A program made the position numbers and the translations under genes. From an uncultured Chloroflexia bacterium (GTDB lineage Bacteria > Chloroflexota > Limnocylindria > Limnocylindrales > CSP1-4): a stretch of DNA of 64,000 nucleotides. Under the pieces are notes generated by a model. That model was not told the origin of the DNA. It searched no databases and saw only the letters and a program-made list of their open reading frames with translations. The DNA is taken from positions 352,001 through 416,000 of the forward strand of contig CAVVCZ010000006.1 of assembly GCA_963746845.1 (NCBI GenBank), in the 5' to 3' direction. Of the stretch, positions 48,385-59,654 are shown one piece after another. Positions within the stretch are counted from its first letter, which is position 1, and every line of letters begins with the position of its first letter.

Positions 48385-50135
48385 CCGCCCGCGTTCGTCG
48401 CCTCGAGCACCTCGACGGTCCCCGCCGAGCCGTCGACCCGGATCCGGTCGCCCGTCCGGATCCGCCTCGTCGCGACCGAGGTCCCGACGACGGCCGGGAT
48501 GCCGAACTCCCGCGACAGCACGGCCGGATGGGAGGTCGTCCCGCCGGTGTCCGTGACAAGGCCGGCGATCTTCGTGAACAGGACGACCCAGGCCGGGTTG
48601 GTCATCTGGCAGACGAGGATGTCGCCATCGGCCACGTCGTCGAACTCGTCCACCGTCATCACGACGCGGGCGATCCCGTCGATCCTGCCGGGTGACGCCG
48701 CGATGCCCGTGACGGGTCCTTCGGCCTTCGGCCGACCCTGGTGGAACCGCTCCGGATAGCCCCAGTTCACGAGATACGGGAAGGCGAGCTGGGATGGCGT
48801 CACGGTTCCGATCCAGTTCGGCGGATGGAGCGCCTTCGACGCCTCCCGCTCGGCGCGTCGCTCGGCCACCAGCCGGCGGGCGCCGACCGCCCCGGCGTCG
48901 CCGATCAGCATCCGCAGCTCGTTGTAGCGGAGGAACAGCACGTCGTCCGGCTGGTCCAGCCGGCCGGCCTCCACGAGCTTCCGGCCGAGGGCGATGAGGA
49001 CGAGGCGGACGTGCGCGTTCGCGCCCTGGTCGATGTAGAAGTGATGGTCCGGCGTGAGCGGCGCCATCCGGAGGTTCGTCTCGTTCGCCGCCCGCATCGC
49101 CGCGAGCCCGTCGCCGGTCAGCCCCGCCACGATCTCGTCGGAGGCGGCGGCGATGTCCTGGCGCATCGCGTCGATGGCCTTCGGGTAGTCGTAGTCCGTG
49201 TCGAGGTAGCCCTTGACCAGGTCCAGGACCGGCTCCATCTGCTCGCGGATCGTCGGGAACACGAACTCATGGCTCCAGACGGCATGCCACCCGAACTCGC
49301 GCTGGTACGGGACGACCCGCTCGGCGATGAAGCGGCGCCCGCGTTCCGAGGCACGCAGCCCGGCGGCGATCGCCTCGGCGTCACCGGCTCCGAAGATCGC
49401 CTTCAGCTCGGGGTCGTCGCGGACCTCGTTCTTCATGCGCCAGAGCGCCTCGATCGAGTCCCAGTTCCGATCCGAGGCCGAGTTCTGGAGCCGGCCGAGC
49501 AGCGCCTCGTCCACGGTGCCGCGGGTCTGCTCCATCACCGCCCGGAGCTTCAACGTCGCCGACAGCTGGGCGAAGTTCAGCATCCAGTGGATCTTCCAGT
49601 GCCGGTCATGGATGTCGATCGCATCCTCGAGCAGGGTCGCGGCCTCGGCCAGGGAAATGTCATCGACCGCGTCGAGACGCTCCTCGAGATAGGCGAAGTT
49701 GCGCTGCATCTCGGGGACGAGCCGGTCGCGCCACCAGTCCGCGAAATGCTCGCCGTAGACCGGCAGGACCGTGTCGAGGTAGGCGCCCATCCCGCCGGCG
49801 AACGAGGCGTCGCGGGGCACGCGGGCGGTGTAGGTGGAGCTGTACTCGGTGCCTTCGATCCGGAGGTCAGGGTCGGCGGGGATCGCGGTCGTGTAGACGT
49901 AGCCGTTCACGTTCTTTGCGAGCCAGTCGACGGCGAACGGCGTGCCGAACCGACGGAACATGTGGTCGCAGCTGAGCCACCAGCCGCCGATGTCGAAGAA
50001 CATCGGGCTGACCGGATGCGGGATGTGGAGATCGTCGTAGACCCAGAAGAAGTCCTTCTCCGTCTCGGAGGCCCACGTCACCGGGAACGTCTCGTCGCCG
50101 AGGAACCGGTCGAGGATCTCCTCCGGCTGTGCCAC
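48381..50135 (-). CDS. PEP-utilizing enzyme family protein: helical substrate-binding domain plus C-terminal phospho-His swivel (phenylphosphate synthase alpha/RPH-like)
   Basis: GGAGGAG RBS. C-terminal [46 protein letters not shown]. No ATP-grasp domain. Confidence 0.85.
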   Translation of the reverse strand: MAQPEEILDRFLGDETFPVTWASETEKDFFWVYDDLHIPHPVSPMFFDIGGWWLSCDHMFRRFGTPFAVDWLAKNVNGYVYTTAIPADPDLRIEGTEYSSTYTARVPRDASFAGGMGAYLDTVLPVYGEHFADWWRDRLVPEMQRNFAYLEERLDAVDDISLAEAATLLEDAIDIHDRHWKIHWMLNFAQLSATLKLRAVMEQTRGTVDEALLGRLQNSASDRNWDSIEALWRMKNEVRDDPELKAIFGAGDAEAIAAGLRASERGRRFIAERVVPYQREFGWHAVWSHEFVFPTIREQMEPVLDLVKGYLDTDYDYPKAIDAMRQDIAAASDEIVAGLTGDGLAAMRAANETNLRMAPLTPDHHFYIDQGANAHVRLVLIALGRKLVEAGRLDQPDDVLFLRYNELRMLIGDAGAVGARRLVAERRAEREASKALHPPNWIGTVTPSQLAFPYLVNWGYPERFHQGRPKAEGPVTGIAASPGRIDGIARVVMTVDEFDDVADGDILVCQMTNPAWVVLFTKIAGLVTDTGGTTSHPAVLSREFGIPAVVGTSVATRRIRTGDRIRVDGSAGTVEVLEATNAGG

Positions 50136-50284
50136 GGGCTGCTCCTCCAGGCGCGCGGACGGGGTTGGCGGCCGGACCTCGATCGGCGGTCGCCGCCGCA
50201 TCTGGTCGAATCCCTGCGTCACGCCATGGTGGCATAACGACCGGCCCCGGACGGCCCGGCCGCCCCGCCACCGCGGGTCCCGCG

Positions 50285-50987
50285 TCAGGCAGTCGTCTTC
50301 GCGGCCGCCTTCTTGCCAGTCCCGTTCGAGGCCTCGAGCGCCTGGCGTGCCTTCTCCCAGTCGGCCCGGAACTGGACGATCCCCGTGGTGGTGAGCGGGT
50401 GATGGACCATCTGCTGGAGGACCTTGAACGGCAGGGTCGCGATGTGCGAGCCGGCCAGGGCCGCCTGGGTCATGTGGAGCGGGTTGCGGATCGAGGCCGC
50501 GAGGACCTCGCTGTCGAGCTCGTGGATCGTCACGATGTCGACCAGCTCGCGGATGACGATCATCCCGTCCTGGTTGATGTCGTCGAGCCGGCCCACGAAC
50601 GGCGACAGGAGCGACGCGCCGGCCTTCGCCGCGAGCAGCCCCTGGTTCGCGGTGAAGATCAGGGTGCAGTTCGTCTTGATCCCCTCGTCCGCGAAGCGCG
50701 AGATCGCCTCGAGACCCTCCTCGCTCATCGGGACCTTGACGACGATGTTCGGGGCGAGCTTCGCGAACGCCCGGCCCTCGGTCAGCATCCCCTCGACGTC
50801 CTCGGCCACGACCTCGGCCGAGACGGGCCCGGGCGTGATCGTGCAGATCTCCTTGAGGACCTCCTCGTACGTCCGGCCGCTCGTCTTGGCGAACAGCGAT
50901 CGGGTTCGTCGTGACGCCATCGAGGACGCCCCAGCGGGCGACGGTCCGGATCTCGTCGATGTCGGCGGTGTCGAGGAAGATCTTCAT
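50285..50987 (-). CDS. tal: Transaldolase (Fsa/TalC type), with a frameshift near 50900
   Basis: [14 protein letters not shown]|[41 protein letters not shown]. One extra base after NP. Confidence 0.9.
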
Positions 50988-51250
50988 CGGGCGGGCTCCT
51001 TCAGGCTGTCCGGCACGAGTCTACGCGCCGATCGTGAACGCGCGGTTTCACGGAATGCTCACGCCGTGAACTGCTCGCGCGGAATCTGCTCCGGATGACG
51101 CACCGGGTGGGAATCAGGTGGCGCCGCGGCCATGCTGGCTCCTCCCCGAGCGTGGCGCGGGACGGTCGGCGGCGAGCCGGGTCCCGCGGTGCTCACGCCG
51201 TGGGAATTCGGTGTCGCCCGCGCGAGGGCCGCTGGATTCTGCGCCCGAAT

Positions 51251-51283
51251 GCCGACCGAGCCGCTCGTCGCGGCTCGGTCGGC
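51251..51283. terminator. Strong hairpin downstream of the small membrane protein gene
   Basis: GCCGACCGAGCCGC-tcgtc-GCGGCTCGGTCGGC. Confidence 0.55.
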
Positions 51284-51321
51284 TGGTTCACGGACCGGTC
51301 GGGCCATCGACCGGCGCGATG

Positions 51322-51627
51322 TCACGGGAACAGCGGCTGGCGCTCCTCGGAGCGGAACGCCGCCGCGTCAAAGGACGGGACGGGCGCGGACGGCCAGACC
51401 AGCCGCTCCTCGGCCCGGAACGCCGGGGCATCGAATGCGGGTGCCGGTGCCGCAACCGGGCGGGCCGCGAGGATCGGCTCGCTCGTGACCGGCGTGACAC
51501 GGGTCGCGAGCAACCCGCCGACGAGGCCGCCCACGAGCGCGGCGGCGAACACGAGGGCCGCGAGCGTGCTGAGGGCGATCGAGCGCGACGAGCGGATGGA
51601 CGATGTGGTGCGTTGTGCGACGGTCAT
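51322..51627 (-). CDS. Small membrane-anchored hypothetical protein (101 aa)
   Basis: AAGGAG RBS, one TM segment, duplicated FDAxAFRxEER motif. Confidence 0.65.
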   Translation of the reverse strand: MTVAQRTTSSIRSSRSIALSTLAALVFAAALVGGLVGGLLATRVTPVTSEPILAARPVAAPAPAFDAPAFRAEERLVWPSAPVPSFDAAAFRSEERQPLFP

Positions 51628-51789
51628 GGACATCTCCTTCGCGTGTCCTGGATCCTCCACGTCAGCCGGCCGGAGCATGTCGACACCAAGGAGAACGCTC
51701 GACGGACTCGATCTGTCCCAACCCGTCGGCGATCCGACAACGGAATCTCGTGTGGGACACTTGCGGCCCCAACGGGCCTCTGATGAACG

Positions 51790-52326
51790 ATGGCCACGCT
51801 GATCAGGACCGATGAGGTTGGCTCGACGACCGTCCGGGCTGCGGCGGACGGGGACGTCGTCGCGCTCGAGCGGATCATCACGCGGTACCACCGCGACATG
51901 GCCCGCGTCTGTGTCGTCGTCTGCGGCGGGGATGCGGACCTGGCGGAGGACGCCGTCCAGGTGGCCTGGACCATCGCCTGGCGGAAGCTGGGCGGCCTGC
52001 GTGACCCGGAGCGGCTGCGGCCATGGCTCGTCGCGATCGCCGCCAACGAGGCCCGCCGCCTCGTGAAGTCCCAGCGGCGGCTCGTCGAGATCCCGGTGCA
52101 CGCCCCGACCGAGCTCGGTGACCCGTCCCTCGCGTCGGCGTCGCTCGACCTGCGCGCGGCACTTCAACGCCTGAAGCCCGAGGACCGGACGATCCTCGCC
52201 CTGCGTCATGTGGCCGGACTCGACTCGGTCGAGATCGGCCAGGCAATCGGCATGTCCGCGTCCGGCGTTCGTTCGCGTCTGGAACGCGTCCTCGCGCGGC
52301 TGCGAACGGAGCTCGACGATGGCTGA
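51790..52326 (+). CDS. ECF RNA polymerase sigma factor
   Basis: AADGDVVAL, LAEDAVQ, LRPWLVAIAAN, region 4 EIGQAIG...VRSRLER. Confidence 0.92.
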   Translation: MATLIRTDEVGSTTVRAAADGDVVALERIITRYHRDMARVCVVVCGGDADLAEDAVQVAWTIAWRKLGGLRDPERLRPWLVAIAANEARRLVKSQRRLVEIPVHAPTELGDPSLASASLDLRAALQRLKPEDRTILALRHVAGLDSVEIGQAIGMSASGVRSRLERVLARLRTELDDG

Positions 52327-53752
52327 CGAACGGTTCGAGACGGCCCTCGCCCGCACCCTCGTCGCGCTTGCGGACGAGGATGTCCGGCCGGTCGATGCCC
52401 ACTCGCTCGCGCTGGACCTCGTCCGCGCCGGTCGACCTGCGCGCGTCCGGATGCTGATTCCGACGCGGTCCAACCGGGTGTGGCTGGTGTTCGCCGCCGC
52501 GGCCCTGCTGCTCCTGGCCATCCTCGGCGCGGCCGTCGTGGGTCGTCTCGTCCTCCCGCACGGCCCGCTGGGACCGCTCGCCTTCATTCGCGATGGCGAC
52601 CTCTGGGCGGCAGCGGCGGACGGGACGGACCAACGGCGGGTTGCCGACCAGGGCGGCGAGCACTTCGAGTACCTCGTCGCTCGCTGGTCGCCGGACGGGA
52701 GCTACCTGCTCGTCGTCCGGGATCTGGGTGACATCGACCTCGTGCCGGCACTGGAGCTGTTCGACCGTGACGGCCGTCGGCTGTGGTCACGGCCGCTCGA
52801 GCCCGGTGGCCTCCCGGATGTGTCCTGGGCGCCGGACAGCCGGCGCTTCGTGGTCGACGAGTTCCCGACGATCGCGGCGACGACCGGCGAGCTCCTCGCT
52901 CCGTACCCGGGCGACGCCGTGTCACCGATGTCTCTGGCGATCTTCCGGGTGGATGGATCCCGGACGAGCTTCTCCATGCGGGCCGCTGCCCCGCCATTTG
53001 TCCGGCCGGGAGACGCCCGCGCCATCGTCCAGTCGGATCAGTGGGTGCGCTGGTCGCCGACCTCGGACTCGATCCTCGTCAAGGCGCTCGACGGGACCTG
53101 TTGCGATCCCCGCTTGTGGATCGTGTCGGCATCCGGATCGGACCGGCAGCGGATCACGAACGCGCAGACGGGCGTGCTCCCGATGTGGTTCGCGTGGCAG
53201 CCCGACGGCAACGCGATCGACGTGCTCGGGATCAGTCGTGACGAGTCCTGTCCCCACGGCGAGGTCGTGGACGGCGTGTGCACGTCGGGGACATGGTCGA
53301 TCGAACCAGCGAACGGACAGTGGACGTTCCACCCGTTCACCGGAGAATCGGGCACGGCGGAACCGGGCGCGGCGTACGTGACGGATCTCGCAGCGACGCC
53401 GGATGAGCGCCAGGTCGCGCTGTCCTGGTCGATCGTCGGCCAGCCGACCTCGGAGGCCCTCGATCACCCTTCGCGGCGGATGGAGGTGCTCGAGACCGCG
53501 ACGTCGACGCGTGCTGTGGTCGCGTCAGGTGCGTGGACCGTCGTCGGGCCAGCAGACCAACCGGCGGATGTGGTGGGGGACTGCGTCCTCTCCGGCTTCC
53601 TCTTCTGGGCCGGAGACGGCAGGCACATCTACCATCTCGGAGTCAGCGCAGGCGAGGCGTCGACCTGGTCGATTAGGTCGGTGGACGCCGCTGGCGGGTC
53701 GGCCACCACCATCGTGACCAGCGTCACGACCTTCGACCTCGCCCGCCGCTGA
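52319..53752 (+). CDS. Putative anti-sigma factor: cytoplasmic N-terminus, one TM, extracellular TolB/WD40-like beta-propeller
   Basis: Overlaps the ECF stop. TM WLVFAAAALLLLAILGAAVV and repeated WSPDG/WAPDS/WSPTS/WQPDG. Confidence 0.75.
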   Translation: MADERFETALARTLVALADEDVRPVDAHSLALDLVRAGRPARVRMLIPTRSNRVWLVFAAAALLLLAILGAAVVGRLVLPHGPLGPLAFIRDGDLWAAAADGTDQRRVADQGGEHFEYLVARWSPDGSYLLVVRDLGDIDLVPALELFDRDGRRLWSRPLEPGGLPDVSWAPDSRRFVVDEFPTIAATTGELLAPYPGDAVSPMSLAIFRVDGSRTSFSMRAAAPPFVRPGDARAIVQSDQWVRWSPTSDSILVKALDGTCCDPRLWIVSASGSDRQRITNAQTGVLPMWFAWQPDGNAIDVLGISRDESCPHGEVVDGVCTSGTWSIEPANGQWTFHPFTGESGTAEPGAAYVTDLAATPDERQVALSWSIVGQPTSEALDHPSRRMEVLETATSTRAVVASGAWTVVGPADQPADVVGDCVLSGFLFWAGDGRHIYHLGVSAGEASTWSIRSVDAAGGSATTIVTSVTTFDLARR

Positions 53753-53765
53753 GCGGGCAGCGCGA

Positions 53766-55469
<1,704 letters not shown>

Positions 55470-55560
55470 TCAGGACCTCCGGGGGTTTTTCGAATGCTAT
55501 CGAAAACGGGTCCCGGAGGCAAGACCGAACGATCCCCGATCGACCCGCGCGGAGGTGATC

Positions 55561-56208
55561 ATGGAGTTCGCGGACGTCGTGATGAAGAGACGCGCCGTGC
55601 GCCGGTTCGAGGAGGGCGGGGTCGACCACGAGGTGATCGAGCGGATCGCCCGGCTCGCCCAGCGGGCGCCGTCGGCCGGGTTCAGCCAGGGCCAGCGGCT
55701 CGTCGTCGTGACCGAGCCCAAGCGGCGGCGGGAGGTCGCCCGGGTCTGCGGCGAGGAGTACTACCTGGATCAGTTCGGGCCGTGGATCAGCGAGTGCGCG
55801 GCGCAGTTCGTGCCGTGCGTGTCCGAGGCGATCTACCACCGCCGCTACCAGGAGGCGGACAAGGTCGACGAGGACGGTCGCGAGATCGACTGGCCGGTCC
55901 CGTACTGGTTCGTCGATGTGGGCGCGACGATGCAGAACGTCTGGCTCGCCGCAGTCAACGAGGGCCTCGCCTGCGGGTTCGTCGGGACCGACGACCTCGG
56001 GTCGTTGAAAGAGGTGCTCGGGATCCCGGACGAGTTCACGCCCATCGGAGTGATGCCGGTCGGGCGACCGCTGCCGGACGTGCGGTCACCCAGCCTCAAG
56101 CGAGGCTGGGTGCCGTTCGAGGAGTTCGCTCACTGGGAGCGCTGGAAGCGGCGGTCCGCCGCCCGACGATCCGAGGCCGGCGGTCCGGAGCTACCTAACC
56201 GAACTTGA
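55561..56208 (+). CDS. Nitroreductase-family protein
   Basis: GGAGG RBS, KRRAVRRF, APSAGFSQ, DVGATMQNVWLAAVNEGL. The tail after HWERW may be an artefact. Confidence 0.88.
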   Translation: MEFADVVMKRRAVRRFEEGGVDHEVIERIARLAQRAPSAGFSQGQRLVVVTEPKRRREVARVCGEEYYLDQFGPWISECAAQFVPCVSEAIYHRRYQEADKVDEDGREIDWPVPYWFVDVGATMQNVWLAAVNEGLACGFVGTDDLGSLKEVLGIPDEFTPIGVMPVGRPLPDVRSPSLKRGWVPFEEFAHWERWKRRSAARRSEAGGPELPNRT

Positions 56209-57517
56209 AGGACTCGATGATCGGCATCGCCAGCGGGACGAAGGCGTCGATATCGCCGCTTGGTCCTTGGTCATCACGAGGATCTGGAGAACGTCGCCGT
56301 CACCGAGGTCGAGGAGGATCAACCGCTCGCTCTCGGTGCCCATGATGCCGGTGCCCGGCATCATGTACGTGACGATCGGCGTGGTCACGGGTCCCCCGCA
56401 CGTCTTCGTCCAGGCGGGATCGATCCGGACATCGAGCCACTGACCGGAATTGCCGTCGATCATGATCGCGGTCGGTTTGGTGGTGACCAGCCCCGGAACG
56501 GTTCCAACCCACGTGACCAGGGCGTCGACCGTCCGCGTGACGCCGGGCTGGACCGTGTCGGAGCACGGCTCGTCCTGATTCGATCGCGCTTGGTTGCGTG
56601 TTGAGCACGATCTGACGGGATCGGTTGGCAGGGTCGATTGGTGGAAGCTCCGTACCGGCACGAGGTCAAATGACTCGGGCCAGTCGGCAGCGTTGGCCCA
56701 GCCGTCAGGGACCGTGTAGGTCACAGCCCCAAAAACAGGGTTCCACGAGCCGCCCGGATCGAGGCGTGGCGTGATGAACTGGGACTTGTACGTTCCGGCG
56801 TCGACGGCACCGAGGCAGTAGTCGTCAGCGAGCGGGCAGTCCTTCAGCCACCAGGTGCCATCGATGGCACCGGCCCGCGTCGGACAGGCATCTTGCTCCT
56901 CGGTGACCGTGAGGATTCGACCACTTGGATTGAGCGACCACGAGTACGTCCCGACGTCGCCCTTCGCGCACGCATCGGCTGCAGCCGTCGACTGTCCGAG
57001 CCGAACCTTCCCGTCCGCGACCGCCGACGCGCTCGACTGGAGCAACTGGGCGCTCGAGCCCGCGGATTGGGCGAAGTGGAAGGTGGACTCGCTGAATTCG
57101 AGCAAGGACCCGGCCCCGGGCACGACGAGACCGCGGTGACCGCCCATCCAGATCGCCCGGAGCCCACTCGGCACGGGACCGCCCGCGGCGACAGGTGAAC
57201 CGGCCGACGACGATGGCGAGCCGAGTGGTGATCCGCTGGCGCTCGGAATGGCCGATGAGCCGGGCCCTGGCGCGGCCCCCGGATCTGAAGAGGATCAACG
57301 AACCGGCGACGACGACGACCGCGGTCGCGCCGAGCAGGCGGCGATGGAGAGGCGATTCATGGGTGTGGACCTCCAGGTCAGCCATCGCACCGGCCGCCGC
57401 TGCGGCGCGGTCTCGACGGCTCGCGAGGACGGCGGCAATCGCGTGGTCGGGCGCCTCGTCCGGCATCAGGTCGAGCCAGGCTCGAACGATCCGATCGGTG
57501 TCGCGGTTCACGGTCAT
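56195..57517 (-). pseudogene. Putative anti-sigma/membrane-anchored extracellular protein with multiple frameshifts
   Basis: Begins MTVNRDTDRIVRAWLDLMPDEAPD, then TM, S/P linker and Cys-pair domains (YTVPDGW), ending PIIESFKFG-stop. About six frame changes are needed to read through. Confidence 0.6.
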
Positions 57518-58063
57518 GCCATCCGTCCTTCGGGGACGACCGGCGCCGCGTCGGCCTCGATGGCCGCGCGCAGCGTCCGGGTCGCGTAATGCAGATCGCG
57601 AGCGGACCGTCCCGGCCGGGACGCCGAGCGTGTCGGCGATCTCGACCAGGGGCAGCCCGATGTGGTGATGCAGGACGAACACGGCCCGATGCTCGATCGA
57701 GAGCCGGCCGAACGCCCGATCGAGGGCGTCACGGTCGACGACCGAGAGGAGGCCGTCCGGCCCGACCGGCCCGTCGACCGGCAGGACGCGGATGTGGGAT
57801 GCCCATGACCGGCGACGCCTGGCCTCGGCGTAGCAGGCATGAACGAGGAGGCGTCGCAGCCAGGCCTCGAAGCGAGCCGGGTCGCGCAGGGTGGGCAGGT
57901 TCCGCCAGGCCGTGATCAGGGCGCTCTGCAGGGCGTCCTCAGCAAGGTCGGCGTCGCGCAGGATCCGTGCGGCCAGCGCGTACATCCGGTCGCTGGTCAG
58001 CTGGACCAGGTCCGCGAATGCCTCGCGATCGCCGTGTCGGGCCCGCTCGACGAGCTCGTCCAC
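57514..58063 (-). CDS. ECF RNA polymerase sigma factor, with a frameshift near 57596
   Basis: ARHGDREAF, LAEDALQ, FEAWLRR, EIADTLGVPAGTVRSR|LHYA. GGAGG RBS. Confidence 0.88.
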
Positions 58064-58379
58064 CCGTTCCCTCCGATGAGCCGCGCCGATGAGGCGCGTT
58101 CACCGTCAATGAGTGTGGGCGTCGGAGCAAACGTTCAGCGGGCGCAGACCACGACCGTCACCAACGTCTCGCGATCGCGTATTGCAAGAAGGCGTTATCC
58201 GAACGCAGTCGACGCCCGTTCGGATCGTTGAAGGCTTCCCGGCGATCGCCGGACGCCTTCTGGCAATGAAGCCGGCCACAAGTGACCGCCAAGCGGACGG
58301 TGGTGATGTCCGTTGCGGGCAACTACGCCTACTTGAGATATCGGGGGCGTGCGCCGGGTGGTCCGGCGCCGCGCGGGCC

Positions 58380-59337
58380 TTACGCCGCGCGGGCCTTACG
58401 ACCGGCCCGACCCGGCAGCACGCCGCGGGTGATCAGCACACCGGCGACGATCACGACGCCGCCGACGACCTGGCCGGCACGGATCGGCTCGGACAGGAAG
58501 ATCGCGGCGAGGACGACCGCCAACGCCGGGACCAGGAACTGGTACGCCGACGTCCGGGTCGGGCCGACGACACGGACCCCGTTCTGGACGATGACGTTCG
58601 AGACGCCCGCGGCCAGGAAGCCGGAATAGAGGACGGCACCGATGACCTCGGGCGGGACGCTCGCGAGCCCGGCGGCCGAGAGCTGCGCGATCGCGATCGG
58701 AGCGAGCACGACCGTTCCCGCCACTGTGGCCCAGGCCGTCGCCCGGAGCGGGCTGTACCGCCCGAGGAACCGCGCGCCGAACGCGAGATAGACCGACCAG
58801 CAGAACGCCGCAAGGAGCGTGATCGCCTCGCCCGGCGAGCTCGCTCCCGAGGCTCAGCCCGTACCCCGACGCGATGACGATCGCGACGCCGACGAACGAG
58901 ATCACGCCGCCGCCGACCTTCGCCGGGGTCAGGACGTCGGACCGGGCGAGGACGGCGAGGAACGCGACCAGGACGGGGGTCGAGGCGATGATCAGTGCCG
59001 AATCGCCGGCCGGGATGGTCGACAGGCCTGTCGTCCAGAGGATCTGGTAGATCCCGAAGCCCAGCGCGCCGAGGCCGGCGATGCCGAGCAGGTCACGCCG
59101 CGGGAGTCCGACCGATCCTTCCCGCCAGCGGAGCAGCGCGAACAGGGTGAGCGAGGCGATCGCGAACCGGAGGAACGTGAACCCGACCGGCGGCAGGACC
59201 GTGAGCGCCGACTTGACGACGATGAAGTTGGCCGCCCACAGGACCATGACCGCGAGGACCGCGACCTCGGCGACGCGGCGCTCGGAGCGGCTGAACCTGA
59301 CGCGGGAGGACACCGTCAACGGGTGCCCCGGGGACAC
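58380..59337 (-). CDS. DMT/EamA-family transporter, with a frameshift near 58832
   Basis: LWAANFIVVK, FLRF, STPV in the first half and LVPALAV...LSE...QVVGG in the second. One extra G joins the two frames. Start uncertain. Confidence 0.88.
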
Positions 59338-59341
59338 CGAA

Positions 59342-59368
59342 ACGCCCGCCGGGGTTCCGGCGGGCGTC
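59342..59368 (-). terminator. Intrinsic terminator-like hairpin
   Basis: Minus strand GACGCCCGCCGG-aacc-CCGGCGGGCGTTTC. Confidence 0.5.
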
Positions 59369-59424
59369 GAAGCCTCGGTGGTCGCCGCCGCGCCATCCGG
59401 CGCCGCGGCTTCGTTCGTGCGGAT

Positions 59425-59580
59425 CTACGCGCCTTCGCGATCGAGCTCGAGCAGGTCGTCCTCCTGCTCCTCGGTGACCTTCAGCCAGACGAACAGCCCG
59501 GCGAGGACGATGAGCGGGATGACGATCAACGCGGCAAGCGTGATCCCGAGGGCGACGGCGACGGTCTTGAGCGCCTTCAT
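59425..59580 (-). CDS. Small single-TM protein with acidic tail (51 aa)
   Basis: GGAGG RBS; MKALKTVAVALGITLAALIVIPLIVLAGLFVWLKVTEEQEDDLLELDREGA. Confidence 0.7.
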   Translation of the reverse strand: MKALKTVAVALGITLAALIVIPLIVLAGLFVWLKVTEEQEDDLLELDREGA

Positions 59581-59654
59581 GGTTCGTTCCTCCGTGTGGT
59601 TGGGGTTGGGCATGACCTGCGATCCTGTGGGTGACGACGTCCGGCTGTGGCGGG

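Noticed and set aside
43874-50135. Anaerobic phenol pathway or aerobic CO dehydrogenase
   Set aside because: No UbiD-type carboxylase or PpsB/PpsC is present. The large subunit has AFRGFG rather than the form I CoxL AYxCSFR motif, and the FAD subunit lacks the Cys insert of HcrB.
48381-50987. 868-aa ORF suggesting a transaldolase/PEP-utilizer fusion
   Set aside because: Caused by the +1 frameshift in tal. The intervening translation is out-of-frame junk, and the downstream gene has its own SD and GTG at 50135.
58331-58358. Possible dif/Xer site (ATATCTCAAGT resembles an XerD arm)
   Set aside because: The other arm lacks the ATAA end, so only a half-site resembles dif.
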